Below, piece by piece: positions 63,728 to 64,000 of a stretch of DNA of 64,000 bases. A program made the position numbers and the translations under genes. Position 1 is the stretch's first letter. Each line of letters opens with the position of its first letter. The notes under the pieces were generated by a model. It was not told where the DNA came from. It made no database searches and was given only the letters and a program-made list of their open reading frames with translations. This DNA comes from Octopus sinensis. Lineage: Eukaryota. The stretch covers positions 18,786,001 through 18,850,000 of the forward strand of contig NC_043008.1 in NCBI RefSeq assembly GCF_006345805.1. Direction: 5' to 3'.

Positions 63728-64000
63728 TTAATAAGGGTGAGAGAATTAGATACTAATTTAATAGTATATCTATTCAACACCAAGTGGCCTAGTGCTCCGA
63801 GAAACCTGGATTATTATAATATTTTATAATATATTATTTTATTTTATATTATATATATATATATATATATTCATTTTTTCAAACTAGTCACCATGCCTAA
63901 CCGCTAAATACCACGAGTTTCTTTTTTTCTCTCTGTTTATTTCATCGTGTTACTTTCTGTTTGACTGCATGTGACTATGCGAGATTGCGTGGGCGCATGC

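Overview
Eukaryotic, AT-rich, repeat-saturated DNA. The SINE families and dense (TA)n/(GATA)n/(TAA)n microsatellites look like coleoid cephalopod, probably Octopus (inference). I found no intact host protein-coding gene, rRNA, complete tRNA or CRISPR array, and most ORFs in the track are microsatellite artefacts. Recognisable content: at least four tRNA-headed SINE families (about 35 copies), decayed mariner and hAT transposases, MITEs and foldbacks, five Helitron pieces (one 4.1-kb copy with Rep and PIF1-helicase remnants), a Dong/R4-type RLE LINE, an RTE 3' end and Penelope-like remnants. Main leads: (i) short (TA)n-embedded elements and one 330-bp palindrome carrying minimal hammerhead-ribozyme cores; (ii) islands where a Dong/R4 LINE and a young 555-bp non-coding element stack inside (TAA)n tracts; (iii) a SINE dimer that moved as one unit; (iv) mariner elements with two like ends. 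SINE family letters A-E are my own labels. Coordinates were counted by eye and may be off by a few bases.
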